Positions 1-14,573 are shown, counted from the stretch's first letter. The stretch is DNA of 64,000 nt from a candidate division FCPU426 bacterium (GCA_963771075.1 CAVYSE010000020.1:1-64000); one strand, 5' to 3'. The notes: a model not told the origin generated them from the sequence alone. Numbers and translations: made by a program.

Positions 1-852
1 GTAGGACCAAAGGGGCCATCAAACTCAGTCTCTTACTGGATAATCAGGGATACTTGCCCTGCTGGGGGACTCGTAACGGAGGGAGGCATGCATGACGTGA
101 AAGTGGCTCAAAAGCTGGATTTTCCGGTGGATTCAATCGTAGTGATGGATCGGGGATATGTGGATTTCTTTGTTCTGGCCGATGGACGTTCCAAGGCGTG
201 TGGTGGGTGACCCGTGCCAAGATCAACATGGCCTACGAGGTGGTGAAGAACCTGCCGGTTCCTGAAAACGGGCAACGTCCTGAAGGACCAAGTGATACGG
301 TTAACAACGTTTCGGTCACAGGAAGCCTACCCGAAAGAGATGCGACGAGTGGTGGTATGGGACGAAGACCAGAAGCGGGAATTCGATTCCTTACCAACCA
401 CATGGGTTTTGCTGCCTCGACGGTGGCGGCCATTACAAGGAACGTTGGCAGATCGAGTTGTTCTTCAAGGCTCTCAAGCAGAACTTACGGGTGAAGACTT
501 TGGTAGGGACCACTGAGAATGCTGTTCAGACGCAGATTTGGACAGCATTGATTGCCATGCTGCTGTTGAAATTCCTTCAACTGAAGAGCCATATCGCCTG
601 GAGCCTGTCCCACTTGGCGGCCATGCTGCGGATGAATCTATTGACCTACCGCGATTTGTGGGCTTGGTTGGATGCACCATTCCTGGTGGCGAGATTGGAA
701 CCGGCGGAAAAACAGATGGAATTAATACCCTCGTGATTTGGACAGCATCCGGACGAAAGGGGGGGGTATCCCTGGAAATTGACAAACCTGTCCAAAATCG
801 CTTGTTTTTCTTGGGGGGCAGCGGTCAGATTGAGTTGTTTAGGATAGCAGTG
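1..852 (+). mobile_element. IS4-family insertion sequence, right part (window starts inside the transposase)
   Basis: Frameshifted pieces join to ...FLTNHMGFAASTVAAI-Y-KERWQIELFFKALKQNLRVKTLVGTTENAVQTQIWTALIA, the IS4 YREK signature; stop at 736. Probable right end ...TTTAGGATAGCAGTG at 838-852, after which the sequence turns AT-rich. The left end is outside the window. Confidence 0.85.
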
Positions 853-1170
853 CCGCGAACCTTTAAATTCGATATATAAGAAAATTCTAATGATCTAATT
901 CTCTTGCCTTTGAAATCCGCAATTTTTGCGTTAAGTTACAAAAATCGAAAAAATTACGTTTACCTTGGATTTTTTTCCCCATTTTGGGTATTATTTGCCA
1001 CCTGCAAGATTATGATTTTAGTCATCTGTACAAAGTACCTAGTTTTTTTGTTTAGTTGTAATGGTCAAACAACACCCTGCAAGAAACTCATTTAAGACAA
1101 AAGATCGAAGATGAAAAAATTCTCTGTGATATCTGCGCCGAAAACTGCCACGACTGGTGAGGAAATTTTG

Positions 1171-4100
1171 GTGTTTAAACAGAAAAAATCAGGGTTTAAC
1201 AACCTCTTTTTCTCCTTCTGATTCTTGCCTTTGTGGCGAAGGGGGTATTCGCCATCGCCCCGCCCAATCCGTTAACAACGGGTACGACTTGAACACGGCG
1301 GTCACGGCCATTAACGCGGCGGACTCCGTCTACCATTACCTTTGAGAGCAATCCCATCGACCTTTCCGGCCTGACGCTTCCAACCCTGGGCCAGAACGTC
1401 CTAATTTGGAATTTCGGATCAGCCCCAGTCACCCTTCTGAACTCCACGGGTGCCGCGGTGAGTTTTATTTCTTGGCGCAACTGACCTCGATAACGACGTA
1501 AACCTTTCCTTGAGTGGCGGGACAAGCCTGGCCTCCTGGGGAACGGCAACGGCCTGTCGGGCACCTCCGCCCTCCTCAACACGGGCTCCTTTCAGCAAAA
1601 CTCTGGCAGTGCGTTATTTGTCCTGGGTGGTAATGGCACCGCCGTCACGACGATCGGCAATATCAGCGGGAACGGCGGAGCGGCTTCAATTTCACGGGCG
1701 CGGTCTCCATTTATAACAGTGAGAACCTAGTGATTGCGGGTTCCGCGGTGTCCGGTTTCGGCAACGCGGTTTCGGGTACGGGTGCCGCGGGTGCGGTGGA
1801 AGGCTCGGGCGGAAACGCGACGGCCAGCATGGCTTCCCTCTACGCCGAAGACAGCAACGTGAACGTGAGCGGCGGGAACGGAGCGGCGGATTTCAACTTG
1901 GCCCAGGGCGGGAACGGCGGTAACGCAACCTTGAACGTGGCGGGAGCGACTTCCATTTATGGCACCGAGGTGGAAGTGAGCGCGGGATCGGGCGGAGATT
2001 CCGCGGGCGGCAATAGCGGCAACGGCGGCAGCGCCTTGATGACTACCAGTTCCGTGACAGGGGGGACGCCAGCTTGTACGTGTATGGCGGCGACTCCGGT
2101 AGTGAAATGGCAATGTCGGTTATGGCATCAGCGGGACGGGCGGAAACGCGACCTTAAACGTGGGCGGAGCGGTTTCGTCGGATTCTTTCGATCTCTATGT
2201 GGACGGAGGCTCCGCGAGTGAAGGTTGGGGCTTGAAGGGCTCGACGGATGGGGCGGGCGGAAGCGCCTCTGCGACCATGACGAGCCTGACCCTGACGGGA
2301 AATGATTACGATTCTTATATGCAAGTGGAGGGTGGCGAGGGTGGTTATGACGAGAACCTGGGTTCGGGCGGCGCGGGTGGAAGCGCGGGCCTGACCGTCT
2401 CGGGGGCGGTTTCCATTGACGGTACGGAAATCGACGTGGAGGGCGGCGAAGGCGGTTATTCCTACGCGACCAACGGCGGCAACGGCGGCAACGCCAATGT
2501 CCAACTCGGCTCGGGCTTGACCCTGACCGGCAACGCGGACTATTCCGAACTTTACATTAGTGGGGGCGAGGGCGGCTATAACGATGGCGACGCCTACGGC
2601 CTCAGCGGCAAGGGGGGCGACGCGACTCTGAACGTGGCGGGCGCGGTTTCCGTCGATTCGAGCGAAATTGATGTCGAGGGCGGAAGCGGTAACGAAAGCT
2701 ACGGCCTATCGGGCACGACCACGGGGGCGGGCGGAAACGCGACCGCCAACCTAAGCGGAAACCTGATCCTGACCTCCAGCACCGGCAACATCTCCAAATT
2801 TCAGGTGGAGGGTGGGGGTGGAGCCTATGATTACCACCTTGCAAACGGCGGCAATGGCGGAAATGGCGTCTTGACGTCTCGGGCTCGGTTTCGATGGATT
2901 CCAGCGATCTGAATGTCTATGGCGGGTCTGGTGGGGAATCCTATGGCGGTAACGGCGGCAACGGCGGCAATGCGACCCTGAGCATCGGGTCCAATTTCAA
3001 CCTGACCGCGGATAATCGTTACTCCTCGGTTTATGTCGAGGGCGGTTACGGCGAGTATAACGATGATGACGCCCCCGGGGTTAGCGGCAAGGGCGGGGAC
3101 ACCCTCTTGAGCGTGGGTGGCGCGGTTTCGATGAATTCCAGCGATATTTACGTCAGGGCGGAAGCGCGGATGACGGCGAGGGCGCCGCGGGCATGGTTCA
3201 GGCAATGGCGGCAACGCTACCATGACGGTCGGCACCGGCCTGACCATGACCTCCACCGGCAACGATTACGCCTACCTGTCCCTCGAGGGCGGGGAGGGCG
3301 CGGAGGATTACGGCTATGCGGGCGTGAACGGGGGCAATGGCGGAAACGCGAACCTGACCGTTTCCAAGTCGGTTTCCATGGATTCGAGCGAGATTTACAT
3401 GGAAGGCGGCGAGGGGGGTTATTCCTATTCCGGCATGGGCGGCAACGGCGGCAACGCGGCCATGAACGTCGGCGGCAACTTGACCCTGACGGCCAGCAAG
3501 CGCTATTCGGAAATCGAAATTGAAGGCGGCGAGGGCGGCGAGGGGGATGAATATTTCAGCGTCAGCGGCAACGGGGGCAACGCGGCCCTGAATGTGGCCG
3601 GCGGGGTTTCCATGGATAGCTCGGTTATTGACGTGTACGGCGGTGATGGGTATGAGGGTTATGGTCTCCAGGGCCAGACTGAAGGCTCCGGCGGAAACGC
3701 CTCGGCCACCATGACTAGCCTATCCATGACCGATTATTCAACCATGACTTTGAAGCGGTATGGCGCGTACGATTACAACTACAACGGGGCGAACGCCGGC
3801 AATAGCGGCAATGCTTCCCTGAACGTCTCGGGTTCGGTCTCCATCGATTCCAGCGAGATCAACGTGGAGGGCGGGGATGCGGAATATTCCTATGGTGGTA
3901 ACGGCGGGGCCGGTGGTAACGCCACCGTCAATATAGGGGGTAACCTGACCCTGACAGCATCCAACCGCTGGTGCGAACTCTATGTGGAGGGCGGTTACGG
4001 AGACGGTAACGATGAGGAATATGGGTATGGCATGGGCGGTAAGGGCGGCGACGCGATTCTGAACGTGGCGGCGCGGTTTCCATGGATTCCAGCTCGATCT

Positions 4101-7100
4101 ACGTTGAGGGCGATGACGCGGATGGCGGCTACGGCGCCCCGGGAGCGACGGAAGGTGCGGGTGAAACGCTACCGCCACCATGAACAGCCTGGTGATGACT
4201 TCAACAATAGCAACGATTCCTACATGGAAATCGAAGGTTATGAGGGTGGTTCCGACTGGCGTTATTTTGGAGCCAATGGGGGCAACGGTGGAAATGCCAT
4301 CTTGACGGTCGCCAAGGGCGTCTCGATGGATTCCAGTGAGATCGACGTTTACGGTGGTGAGGGAGGCTATACCTACGGCGGTAACGGCGGCAATGGCGGC
4401 AACGCCACGGTGAACATTGGCGGTAATTTGCTAATGACCGGCAGCAACCGTTGGTCCGAACTCTATATTGAGGGTGGGGAGGCGGTTACAGAATTACGAA
4501 GATTACGGGTATAGGCCTCAGCGGCAAAGGAGGCGACGCGACCCTGAACGTGGGCGGCGCGGTCTCCATGGATTACTCGGATATTTACGTGGATGGCGGT
4601 GAAGGGAATGAGGGGTACGGGGCCCATGGCACTACCGATGGGGCTGGCGGCAACGGCACCATGACCGTCGGGTCCAACCTGACCATGACGGGCGTGAATG
4701 GAGCTTCCTTCCTGCAAGTGGAAGGCGAGGACGGGTCCTATGATTACCGTTATGGCGGGGCGAACAGCGGGGCTGGCGGCAACGCGACCTTGAGCGTGGC
4801 GGGTGCGGTCTCCATGGATAACTCCGAAATTAAGGTCTATGGTTATGATGGCGGCGACTCCTACGGCGGCAACGGCGGCAACGGCGGCAAAGCCACCATG
4901 ACCGTCGGGAGCAACCTGACCCTGACCTCGGTCAACGGTGAGTCTTCCCTTTATGTGGAAGGTGGCGAGGCCGGTTACAACGACGAAGACTATAACGGCC
5001 TGAGCGGAAAGGGCGGCGACGCAACCTTGAGCGTGGGCGGGGCAGTCTCGATGGATTCCAGCGAGATCGAGGTCATTGGCGGCGAGGGGAACGAAGGTTA
5101 CGGACTGGCGGGCCAGACCGAGCCCAATGGCGGGAATGGGACCATGACCGTCGGCTCCAACCTAACCTTGACCTCCAATAACGGGCCTTACTCCTACCTT
5201 GAAGTAGAGGGAAGTGAAAGTTCTTACGATTACGGCTACATTGGAACCAACGGCGGCAACGGCGGCAACGGGATATTGAACGTGGCTGGCGCTGTCTCGA
5301 TGGACTCCAGCGAAATTGATGTTTATGGCGGCGAGGGAGGATACTCCGAAAGCGCCAACGGCGGCAACGGCGGCAACGCGACCCTGAATATCGGCTCCAA
5401 CCTGACCATGACCGGAAACAACCGCTATTCCGAGCTCAATATTGAGGCTGGGGAGGGCGGCGAGAATAGCGATGATTACGGTTTCGGCGTCAGCGGCAAG
5501 GGAGGCGACGCGACCTTGAACGTTGCGGGCGCGGTCTCCATGGATAACGCTGACATCTACATTTATAGCGGGGAAGGAAATGAAGGTTACGGATTGGCGG
5601 GGCAGACAAATGGGGCGGGCGGAAACGCCACCATGACCGTCGGGTCTAATCTGACCTTGACTGATTATGAAGACTCGTCCTATCTCGAATTGGATGCTTA
5701 CGATGGCGGCTACGACTACAACTACGGCAATGGCGGAGCGGGCGGAAACGCAACCTTGACCGTGGGCAAGGCCGTATCGATGGATTCCAGCGAAATCGAC
5801 CTGTACGGTGGGTCGGGTGGCTCCGCCGATGGCGGTAACGGCGGTAACGGTGGCAACGCCACCATGACCGTTGGAAGCAACCTATCGCTGACCAATATTT
5901 ATGAGGATGGCGCTTCCTCCATTTATATTGAGGCAGGCGATGGCGGATACAACGATTACGACGAGTTGGGCATCAGCGGCAAGGGAGGCGACGCGACCTT
6001 GAACGTGGCAGGCGCGGTTTCCATGGATTCCGGTTATATCGAGATCGACGGCGGAAGCGCGGACTATGGTTACGGCGCACCTGGGCAAACCGAGGCGGTT
6101 GGCGGCAACGCCAGCTTCTCGGCCGCATCCCTGAATATGGGCAACAGCAATGGGATAGCGGATCAAGCCAGCACCATTTATATGTCGGCTGGCAGCGGCG
6201 CCTGGGACGGCGCTGGCCTCGCGGGCGGCAACGGCGGCAACGCCACCCTGAACATTTCGGGTGGGGCCACCTTGAACAACGCCTCGGCTATCGAGGTTTA
6301 CGGCGGATGGGGCGGCGGCGCGACCGCCGGCGTCACGGGCCTGGCGGGCACGGCGACGGCCAACTTCGGTTCCTTGAACTTGGTGGATGCCAGCTCCCTG
6401 GTGGACGTGGAAAGCGTCACCCAAACGGGCGGCAGCGCCTACGTTAACGTCGGAACCCTCACCGGTTCCGGGTCCATCACCATGTACGGCCAGACCAACA
6501 GCCTCTTGACCGTCTCGGCGGGTAACTTCTCCGGTACCTTAAACGGGAACGAAACCCTCTTGAAGACGGGTTCGGGCGCCTTGACCTTGAGTGGGGTCAA
6601 CGCCTACACGGGCCCGACCAGCATTACGGCGGGTACCTTGGCCGTCGGCGGATCAGCGTTCATCCCCGGCGACGCGGCCCTCACGGGCGGCACGCTGGAG
6701 ACCTTTAACGGCCCCGGCTTGCTTTATGTGGCAGGCAACTATACCCAAGGGCCCAAGGGCAACCTGCAATTGAGCCTCTATGGGAACAACCCGGGTGACC
6801 TGGATATCCTGTTGGTGGGCGGTAACGCATCCCTGAAGGGCAACTTGACCGTTGGGGACGGCCTCGCGGGCCTCAAGCCGACCCTGGGATCCGAGTACCT
6901 GGCGGTCGTGGTGGGCGGAACCATGACGGGCAAATTCGATAACCTCTTGAGCGGTTTCCAGGGCGAGAAATGGTTGGCCCTCTACGGCTCGAACAGCGTG
7001 ACGGTGGAAGCGGAAGCCTTCACTTTCGCGGGTTTGAACCCGACGACCTCCAACGGGAAGTCGGTCGCGGCCGCTTTGGACGCCTTGAGCGCCGCCGGTC

Positions 7101-8218
7101 CTTCCACGCTGGCCTTGGAGATCCAAAACCTGGCCACGGAAGACCCGAAACTATTGGGCGACCTGGCTCCGACGGTCCTGACCTCGGGTATTCAGATGGG
7201 CTTCTTCAACGCGCAAGCCACCAACCTGGTGATCGGCCAGCGGTTGGATGCGCTCCTGGGCGGGGACGGCTTCAGCTGGGGTTCCAGCACGGCCTGGAAC
7301 CATTACGGCTCCAACCCCATGTTCGCGGGCGACATGCCGGCCTCGGATGAGGCCGCCATCGCGAAAAACGCGAAGGCCAAGGAAGTGGAGGAAAACGGCG
7401 GATGGGACGGCTTCTTGAGCGGGCAAGGCAACTTCGGCACGCTCTCGGGAGACGGCAACGCCCTGGGGTACAATTATTCCAACGGCGGTATGGTGGGTGG
7501 CGCGGATACGCGCGTCGCTCCCGGCGCCATGATGGGTATCCTGCTGGGGTACAACCAGTCGATCATGACCGACGCCAACAACAGCTCGGTGACCATGAGC
7601 GGCGGCCAGGCCGGCTTGTACGGCGGATTGAGGATGGAGGAGTTCCATATTGGGGCGGTCCTGTCGGGCGCCCTGAACAACTACAATTCGAACCGCGCGG
7701 TCATGGGCCAGATGGCCACCGGCACCTTCACCGGCCAACAGTGGAGCGGCCAGTTGTCCATGGGCATCGACATCCCCTCGGGCGGCGGCCTGCAGATCGG
7801 ACCCTACGCGATGGGCCAGTACACCAGCGTGAACATCGGCAGCTTCACGGAAACCGGCTCGGCGGTGAACGAAACGATCGCCCCGCAGGGCCAGTCCAAC
7901 CTCTCGAGCGATTTGGGCGTGAGGGCGGGAACCGGGTTTGACTGCGGCGGCGGGTTCATCCTGACGCCCAGCGTCAACGTGGCCTGGATGCACCAGTTCC
8001 AGGGCAACAACCCCACGATGAACGCGGCCTTCGTCGCGGGCGGGTCCACCTTCGCGGTGACCGGCCCCTCGACCGGTACCGACGGATGCTCGCTTGGAGC
8101 CGGCTTAAACGCCCAGGTGATGAAGGGCTTCAACCTCTATGCCCAATACCAGGGCGTGGTGGGGATGACCAACTTCACCTCCAACGACATCGCGGGCGGA
8201 TTGACCTTCGGTTTCTAA
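1171..8218 (+). CDS. Giant autotransporter AT1 (~2350 aa once frames are joined), acidic Gly/Tyr/Asp/Glu-rich repeat passenger
   Basis: ORF pieces 1157, 1730, 2160, 2894, 3222 and 4550..8218 continue one repeat protein. Signal-like LLLILAFVAKGVFA near 1210-1255; passenger repeat LLKTGSGALTLSGVNAYTGPTSI; C-terminal beta-barrel ending GGLTFGF. Start approximate (GTG 1171 after GAGGA). Confidence 0.85.
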
Positions 8219-8244
8219 GCCGAAAGCTAACAATCTACGATTCG

Positions 8245-8283
8245 AAAGGCCCGGCCCCCTTAGGGGGCCGGGCCTTTTTTTGT
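8245..8283 (+). terminator. Rho-independent terminator after AT1
   Basis: Perfect 16-bp inverted repeat AAAGGCCCGGCCCCCT-T-AGGGGGCCGGGCCTTT running into a T tract. Confidence 0.9.
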
Positions 8284-8434
8284 TTTGGGGGGCTTCTTTT
8301 ACTAACAAATTGGGGAAGATTTTTGGAATAAAGGTTAATATTTAGTAGCCGGTTCTCCTAGGGAAAGGTCCATCGTGAGATTCGAGGGAACATCTAAAAA
8401 TTCACCCCATCCGCATGGTAATGGGGAGAAAGAC

Positions 8435-11400
8435 ATGTTTGGGGGTATCGATCACCTTCCCCGAAATATTTTTAGGGGCGCTTTTCAATCCATGAGCCGT
8501 CTATTGGGCCTGATGGTCCTTTGCGTTTGGGGTTGGCCTTGTCTCGTTCGAGCCGGGGTGGATGGGTCAAATTCCAATTATTTGGAATCTGTGCCCTTCA
8601 GCATCCTCTCCAATTCGTTGGACCTTTCGGGTGGGGAGGGACAAGGTTCTGCAACCACCAGCGGTGGGAATGGCGGCTATTCCCTCGCCACATTCTCGGA
8701 TTCGGTCTCCGCGGATTCCAGCTTCGTCAATTTTGGCGGCGGGATGGGCGGGCCTTCCAGCGCGGGGAACGGGGGCGACGGTGGTTCCGTCACCCTTTCC
8801 ATCGGGACTACGCTCTCTATAACAAGCCTCCTGAGTCCTACGACCTTCTCGATCCTCGGCGGGGAAGCGGGTTCCTCTTCCAGCCTGAATGGGCTGGGCG
8901 GCCCGGGAGGCAACGCCTCCTTAGCCGTTGCAGGCGGAGTTTCAATGGATTCAGGGAATTTTTACCTGGACGGCGGGGCCGCGGGTTCGGGCCAGGGCGC
9001 CTCCGGCTCGGTTGAAGGAAACGGCGGGAACGCCTTGGCGACTCTTGCCGGTCTGACCGTCACCGGGGATAACAACGATTCCTACGCTGAGATGGGCGGC
9101 GGCGCGGGCGGGTCCGACTCGGGTTCCGGTTCCGGGGGAGCGGGCGGAAGCCTTGGGCTGACGGTCTCAGGTCCGGTTTCCATCGATTCCAGCGAGGTGA
9201 CCCTTTATGGCGGGAACGGTGGATTGGCCGTGGCCGCCACAGGAGGCAATGGAGGGTCCGCTACTGCATCGATCACCAACCTCACCCTGACCGCCGAAAA
9301 CGACGCGAGCTTCCTATATATCAGCGGTGGAGGGGGCGGCGCTAATAGCGGATCGGGATTAAGCGGAGTCGGCGGGAACGCCTTCCTGGCGGTATCGGGC
9401 CCGGCCTCATTGGACGGAGGGGGGCTTTACGTCCTTGGTGGAGATGCGGCCACCGGCGCGGGTGCCGCCGGAACCACCGAAGGGTCGGGTGGGAGCGCCA
9501 CGGCCCTCTTGTCCAGTCTGGCTCTCACCGATGATTCCGATGATGCCTATGCCATCATGATCGGCGGGGCGGGAGCGTCGGATACCGGTCTTGCCTCAGG
9601 CGGGAACGCGGGTGGCACGACGTTGAGCGTCGCGGGCGCGGTTTCCGTGTTCTCCGGCAATGTGACCCTCTTTGGGGGAAGGGGGGGCTCCTCCGAGGGC
9701 GGCAATGGCGGCTCGGGCGGAAGCGCCTCCGCGGGCCTGGGAAGCTTGTCCCTGGTCGCCGACAGCGGCAACGATCCGTCTTTCTTTTTCCTGGATGGGG
9801 GTTCGGGCGGGGCCAACAGCGGGGTGAACGGCATGGGCGTCGGGGGGAATGGGGGAGGGGCCCACCTATCGGTTTCCGGCTCGGTTTCCCTGGACAGCAG
9901 CCAAATGTTCGTGGTGGGCGGAAACGCGGTTTCCGGGGTTGGCCCATCCGGAAGCGCCGAGGGTTCGGGAGGCGACGCCACCGCGTCCCTAGGCGATTTG
10001 ACCCTCACCGCGACCGACCCGCATGTCCATTCCTGCCTCGTCAGCATGGGCGGGGGAACGGGCGCACAAGACTCGGGTTTGGGACAGGGCGGGAATGGGG
10101 GTTGGGCGGAGTTAATCTCCTCTGGCGCGGTTTCGCTGAACGCCGGCCTGTTGGATGTGGACGGGGGGAACGGCGGTTCGGCCGAGGGCGCCCAGGGCGG
10201 CGACGGTGGAAACGCCTCAGCCACCATGGCCAGCCTTTCCCTGACGCCCCTAAGAATCGGTGCCCGCTACTATTTGAGTTATTTCAACCTGCAAGGCGGC
10301 ATGGGAGGTTTCAACAGCGGAGCGGATGGGACGGGTTTGGGCGGGAACGGAGGTTCGGCTTTCCTGACGGTGGGAGGCGCCGTCTCGATGTACGGCGGCA
10401 CCTTGACGGTGGAGGGGGGAAACGCAGTATCGGGCATTGGGACCCCGGGACAGGTGGAAGGCTCGGGCGGGAACGCCACGGCGTCTTTATCCGGTTTATC
10501 CATGGCTTCGGTCTTCATATCCGCTTCCGCCAACGTGACCGGAGGATCGGGGGCGCAGGATAACGGCTTGGGCAACGGGGGAAATGGAGGCGACGCGGTC
10601 ATGGATTCGTCCGGGGCGGTCTCCCTGGACAATACGAACAATTTAGGCACTCAACTGGTGGTGGAGGGAGGTGGGGGGGCAACGCCCGACAGTCCAACGG
10701 AGGGAACGGCGGCGCCGCAGGCGTTTCCTTGACCAGCCTCGACCTGGTCAATAACGCCATCCTGGATGTTTCGGGAGGCTTGGGCGGCCAGGGCGGAGGC
10801 CAGGGGGTATTCGGGAATGGCGGGAGCGCGGGCCTTACGGCATCCGGGGTGGTTTCGCTTATCACCAGCGACCTGTATGTCCTGGGCGGGTCCGGGATCT
10901 CGGGGGAGGGTGGCGCTGGAATGACGGAAGGGAGCGGAGGGAATGCCTCTGCCATCCTGGCCAGTTTAACGGCGGTATCCAACTCCTCCTTCGACCTGGA
11001 GGGCGGTGAGGCCGCGAACGACTTGGGTTCAGGAAATGGCGGCACGGGTGGGAACGCGGCGATGGTGGTATCGGGCCCGGTCTCAGTGGATGGGACCCAA
11101 GTTTTGGTCAAGGGAGGGGCTGGGGGCAATTCCAGTTCCGCCAACGCCGGCAGTGGAGGCGATAGCGGTCTTTTTCTTGGTTCCGCTTTTACCCTGACCG
11201 GGGTGCAGGGAAGCTCCACCTGGATCGTCATCGGCGGGGAAGGGGGCATCGGAAAAGGTTCGTCGGGTGGAAGCGCAGGAATCACGGCTTCGGGGCCCCT
11301 GTCGCTGGATGCCAGCACCATCGATTTGACCGGGGGCAACGGGGATATGGGGGGCGGCGTCGCCCTGACCCTGAATTCAGCATTCTTGAATCATTTCTCC

Positions 11401-14187
11401 GATTTAAGGTTGACGGGCGGGAACGGCTGGTCGGGCACGGGGGGAAGCGTCCAGGTTTCCATCGGCGCCCTGGACCTGGCGGACTCGGGTTCGGAATTGA
11501 GCGTGCAGGGAGGTTTCGGCCCCGCAAACGGGTCCGCGGACGTCACGATCGGCGCCCTGACCGGCGCGGGGGTGCTTTCCATCTCCAGCAGTGGACAGAG
11601 CGGCCTGCAAATCGCCAGCGGGGATTTTGCGGGGGTGATCGGGGGCGACTCGGGTATGGAAAAGACCGGCCCGGGTGCCCTGACCCTGACGGGCGCCTGC
11701 ACCTACGCGGGCCCCACCACCCTCACCGGGGGAGTCCTCAATGTCCAGGGGGACAACAACCTGGGCGATAGCGGCCAGTTGCTATTCAACGGGGGCACCC
11801 TCCAAGCCGGGGCCGGTTTCGCCACCACCCAGACCGCATCCATCAATGCCCCCCTGGGCACCGTGGACCTGAACGGCAACTCGGTCACCTGGAACGGAAC
11901 AATCGGCGGAACAGGAACCCTGGCGGTGGACAACAGCGCTTTTCTTGTAAGCAACCGGCTTTATTTGAACAATCCCAATACCTATTCGGGGGGAACGAGC
12001 GTTGCCTGGTGTGAACTTTGGGTATCCAGCGATTCGGCCTTGGGCGCCAATACCGGTTCCCTGAGCCTGAATGACGCTTACCTATCGGCGACGAACAATA
12101 TCGGTTTTAACGCCTCCAGGAACCTGAACCTGATTGCTTCGGGTTTCCTGGACCCCGAGGGCTTCCAACTCACCTGGAACGGCGTGATCAGCGGTTCCGG
12201 AGGACTGGGAATCAATGACCTGAGCGGTTCCACGACGGGCTGGGTTCTTTTGACGAACAACAATACCTATACGGGCATTACCAGTGTTTTTTCCGGTACC
12301 GGCTTGGCCCTCGCCGGCCATGGGACCCTGGGCACCGGGAACCTGATCAACGACGGCTGGGTGGATTTCAGCCAGACCAACGCCTCGGCCGTTTCAGGAA
12401 CTTCCGTAACCGTGTGCGGCATCTTTGGTTATGGAAATCTTAACCTGGGACAAATCGATCTGGTGACGGGAACGAACAACTCCAACGGCCAAATAGGCGG
12501 TGTCATCGCCGACGGCGGCATCGCCGGGGGCGTGGGGGCTTCCCTCACCAAGGTGGGTTCGGGCTCCCTGACCTTGACAGGGGCCAACACCTATAGCGGG
12601 GGTACGGTCCTGCAGGACGGCATGATCCTGGCGGAAAACCAGGCGGCGCTGGGTACGGGGAATGTGGCCGTCAACGGGGGAACCCTCTTCGTCGGCAACC
12701 TTTTTTCCCTGAATATCAGCGGCCATTACACCCAAGCGGCCGCCGGCACCCTGCAATTGGCCTTGGGACCCTTGGGCCAGGACGATACGCTCCGGGTTTC
12801 GGGCGCGGCCAGCTTGAACGGCACACTGTCCCTCGCCCCGGCCAGCGGTTTTACGGCCCAACCCGGGAATAGCTTCTTGCCGGTCACGGCGACTGGCGGG
12901 GTGGACGGGCGATTCACCAGCCTGGATAGCGATATCGGAGGCATCCGGTTTTATCCCCTCTACCAGCCGGATGACCTGATCCTGGAATGCCTTCCCGCCT
13001 CCTTCGCCTCCGTCGGCGTGACCCCGAACCAGCAGTCGGTCGGAGGAGGGTTGGACGGCCTTTACGGCAATTCCACTTATAACAACCTGATGCAATTCTT
13101 GGGAACCCAAACCACGGCGCAATTGACGGGCGACATGGAAAAATTGAGTCCGGAGGGGTTGACCCCCCTCTTCCGCATGGCCTTCGCCTCCGAGGAAGTG
13201 CAGGGCCAGGCCATCAACGAACGCTTGGAAGACCTCCTGGGGTTGACCAGCATCTGGGGCAACGGCTACGCCCGGTACGGGGAAGAACCCGCCTTCGCCT
13301 CGACGATGTCGGCGGGCCAGGAAGCCTCGATCGCCCGTCGGGTGAGGGACGTGAACCGCCTGGGCGGATTTGTGAGCGGGCTGGGAAATTTTGGCACCGT
13401 CACCGGAAGCGGGGATGAGGCGGGTTATAGTTACTCCACAGGAGGGGTCCAGGCGGGCGTGGACTATTGGCTGAACTGCTCGCTGGTGGCCGGGGTGCTG
13501 GTGAGCTACGACACGCAGGGCACCCGTTCAGGAACCGCAGGCTCCGTCAGCGGCAGCGGTGAGCGGGCGGGGTTGTACGGCGGGTATAAGCAGGGGGTAC
13601 TGCGCGTGATGGGGGAATTGGACGGCGGCGTGAACAATTACAGCACCCAGCGCCTGACCCTGGGCCCGGGCGGGGCCAATGCCACCGCCACGGGTTCGCC
13701 CCAGGGGGAACAACTGGACGGAGAATTGGAAGTGGCCCTGGACCTGACCGGTTCGGGCCTGATCCTGTCGCCTTTTGCCTCGGGCCAATATGGGTACGTT
13801 CAAGTGAACGCCTTCCAGGAATCGGCCAACGCGCTTGTTGGCGAATCGTTCCCGACCCAGGGGCAATCGGACTTGGAAAGCCGGGTGGGGTTGAGGGCGG
13901 GGACAAGCTGGCCCCTGGGCCTTTTTAGCCTGGCACCTTCCATCAGCGCCGCATGGGAACATTTTTTTCAGGGTAATCAGGACCAACTCACGGCGAACTT
14001 CGGCGCCCCGGGCAGCGCCTTTACCGTGGCCGGCCCCGCGACAGGCACCGACGACATGGACCTGGCCGCCGAGTTGGAAGCCCAGGTCTCCCGGCAGGTC
14101 ACCTTCTTCGCCCAGTTCGAGGGCAAGGTGGGATTGGCGAATGTCGATTCGAAGGACATAACCGGCGGGGTGAATTGGGGTTTCTAA
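8435..14187 (+). CDS. Giant autotransporter AT2 (one frameshift near 10675)
   Basis: ORFs 8375..10732 and 10729..14187 join if the G7 run at 10673-10679 is G8. Hydrophobic signal, Gly-rich repeats, passenger repeats (LTKVGSGSLTLTGANTYSGGT), barrel ending GGVNWGF. ATG 8435 has GGAG upstream. Confidence 0.88.
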
Positions 14188-14573
14188 CCGCGCTGACTCA
14201 AACCGTTCTTAGGACCACCTGGGCCGGTGGATGGGGTAGGTGGGTAAAATAGGTACCACGAACTCAGCCCCTGCGGCTCCATTCAGAAGCTGAAAAAAAC
14301 TTTGCTCTTCATCGCGATCTTCGCGGAAATCGTTTGAGGCAAGTTACCGGTAATAGATAAAAACAGGGCAGTTGTCAAATCGATAATATTTGTATTCATC
14401 CATAATTGTAAGAATCTTCCCTTATTTCCGTTCAATTCGAGGTAAGATTTGAAAGCTGTTCCTTTCGCCCCCCTTCAGGGCAACCGGTGCCCCGGTTGCC
14501 GAATGGGGATTCATTCAAAAAACCAAAATTCAAACAATCCAAATCACTTAATCTCCACGAAAAGGGAAGAACT

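Noticed and set aside
14479..14499. Riboswitch in the AT3 leader
   Set aside because: Only a 9-bp hairpin (GGCAACCGG-tgc-CCGGTTGCC); I could not match it to a known aptamer consensus.
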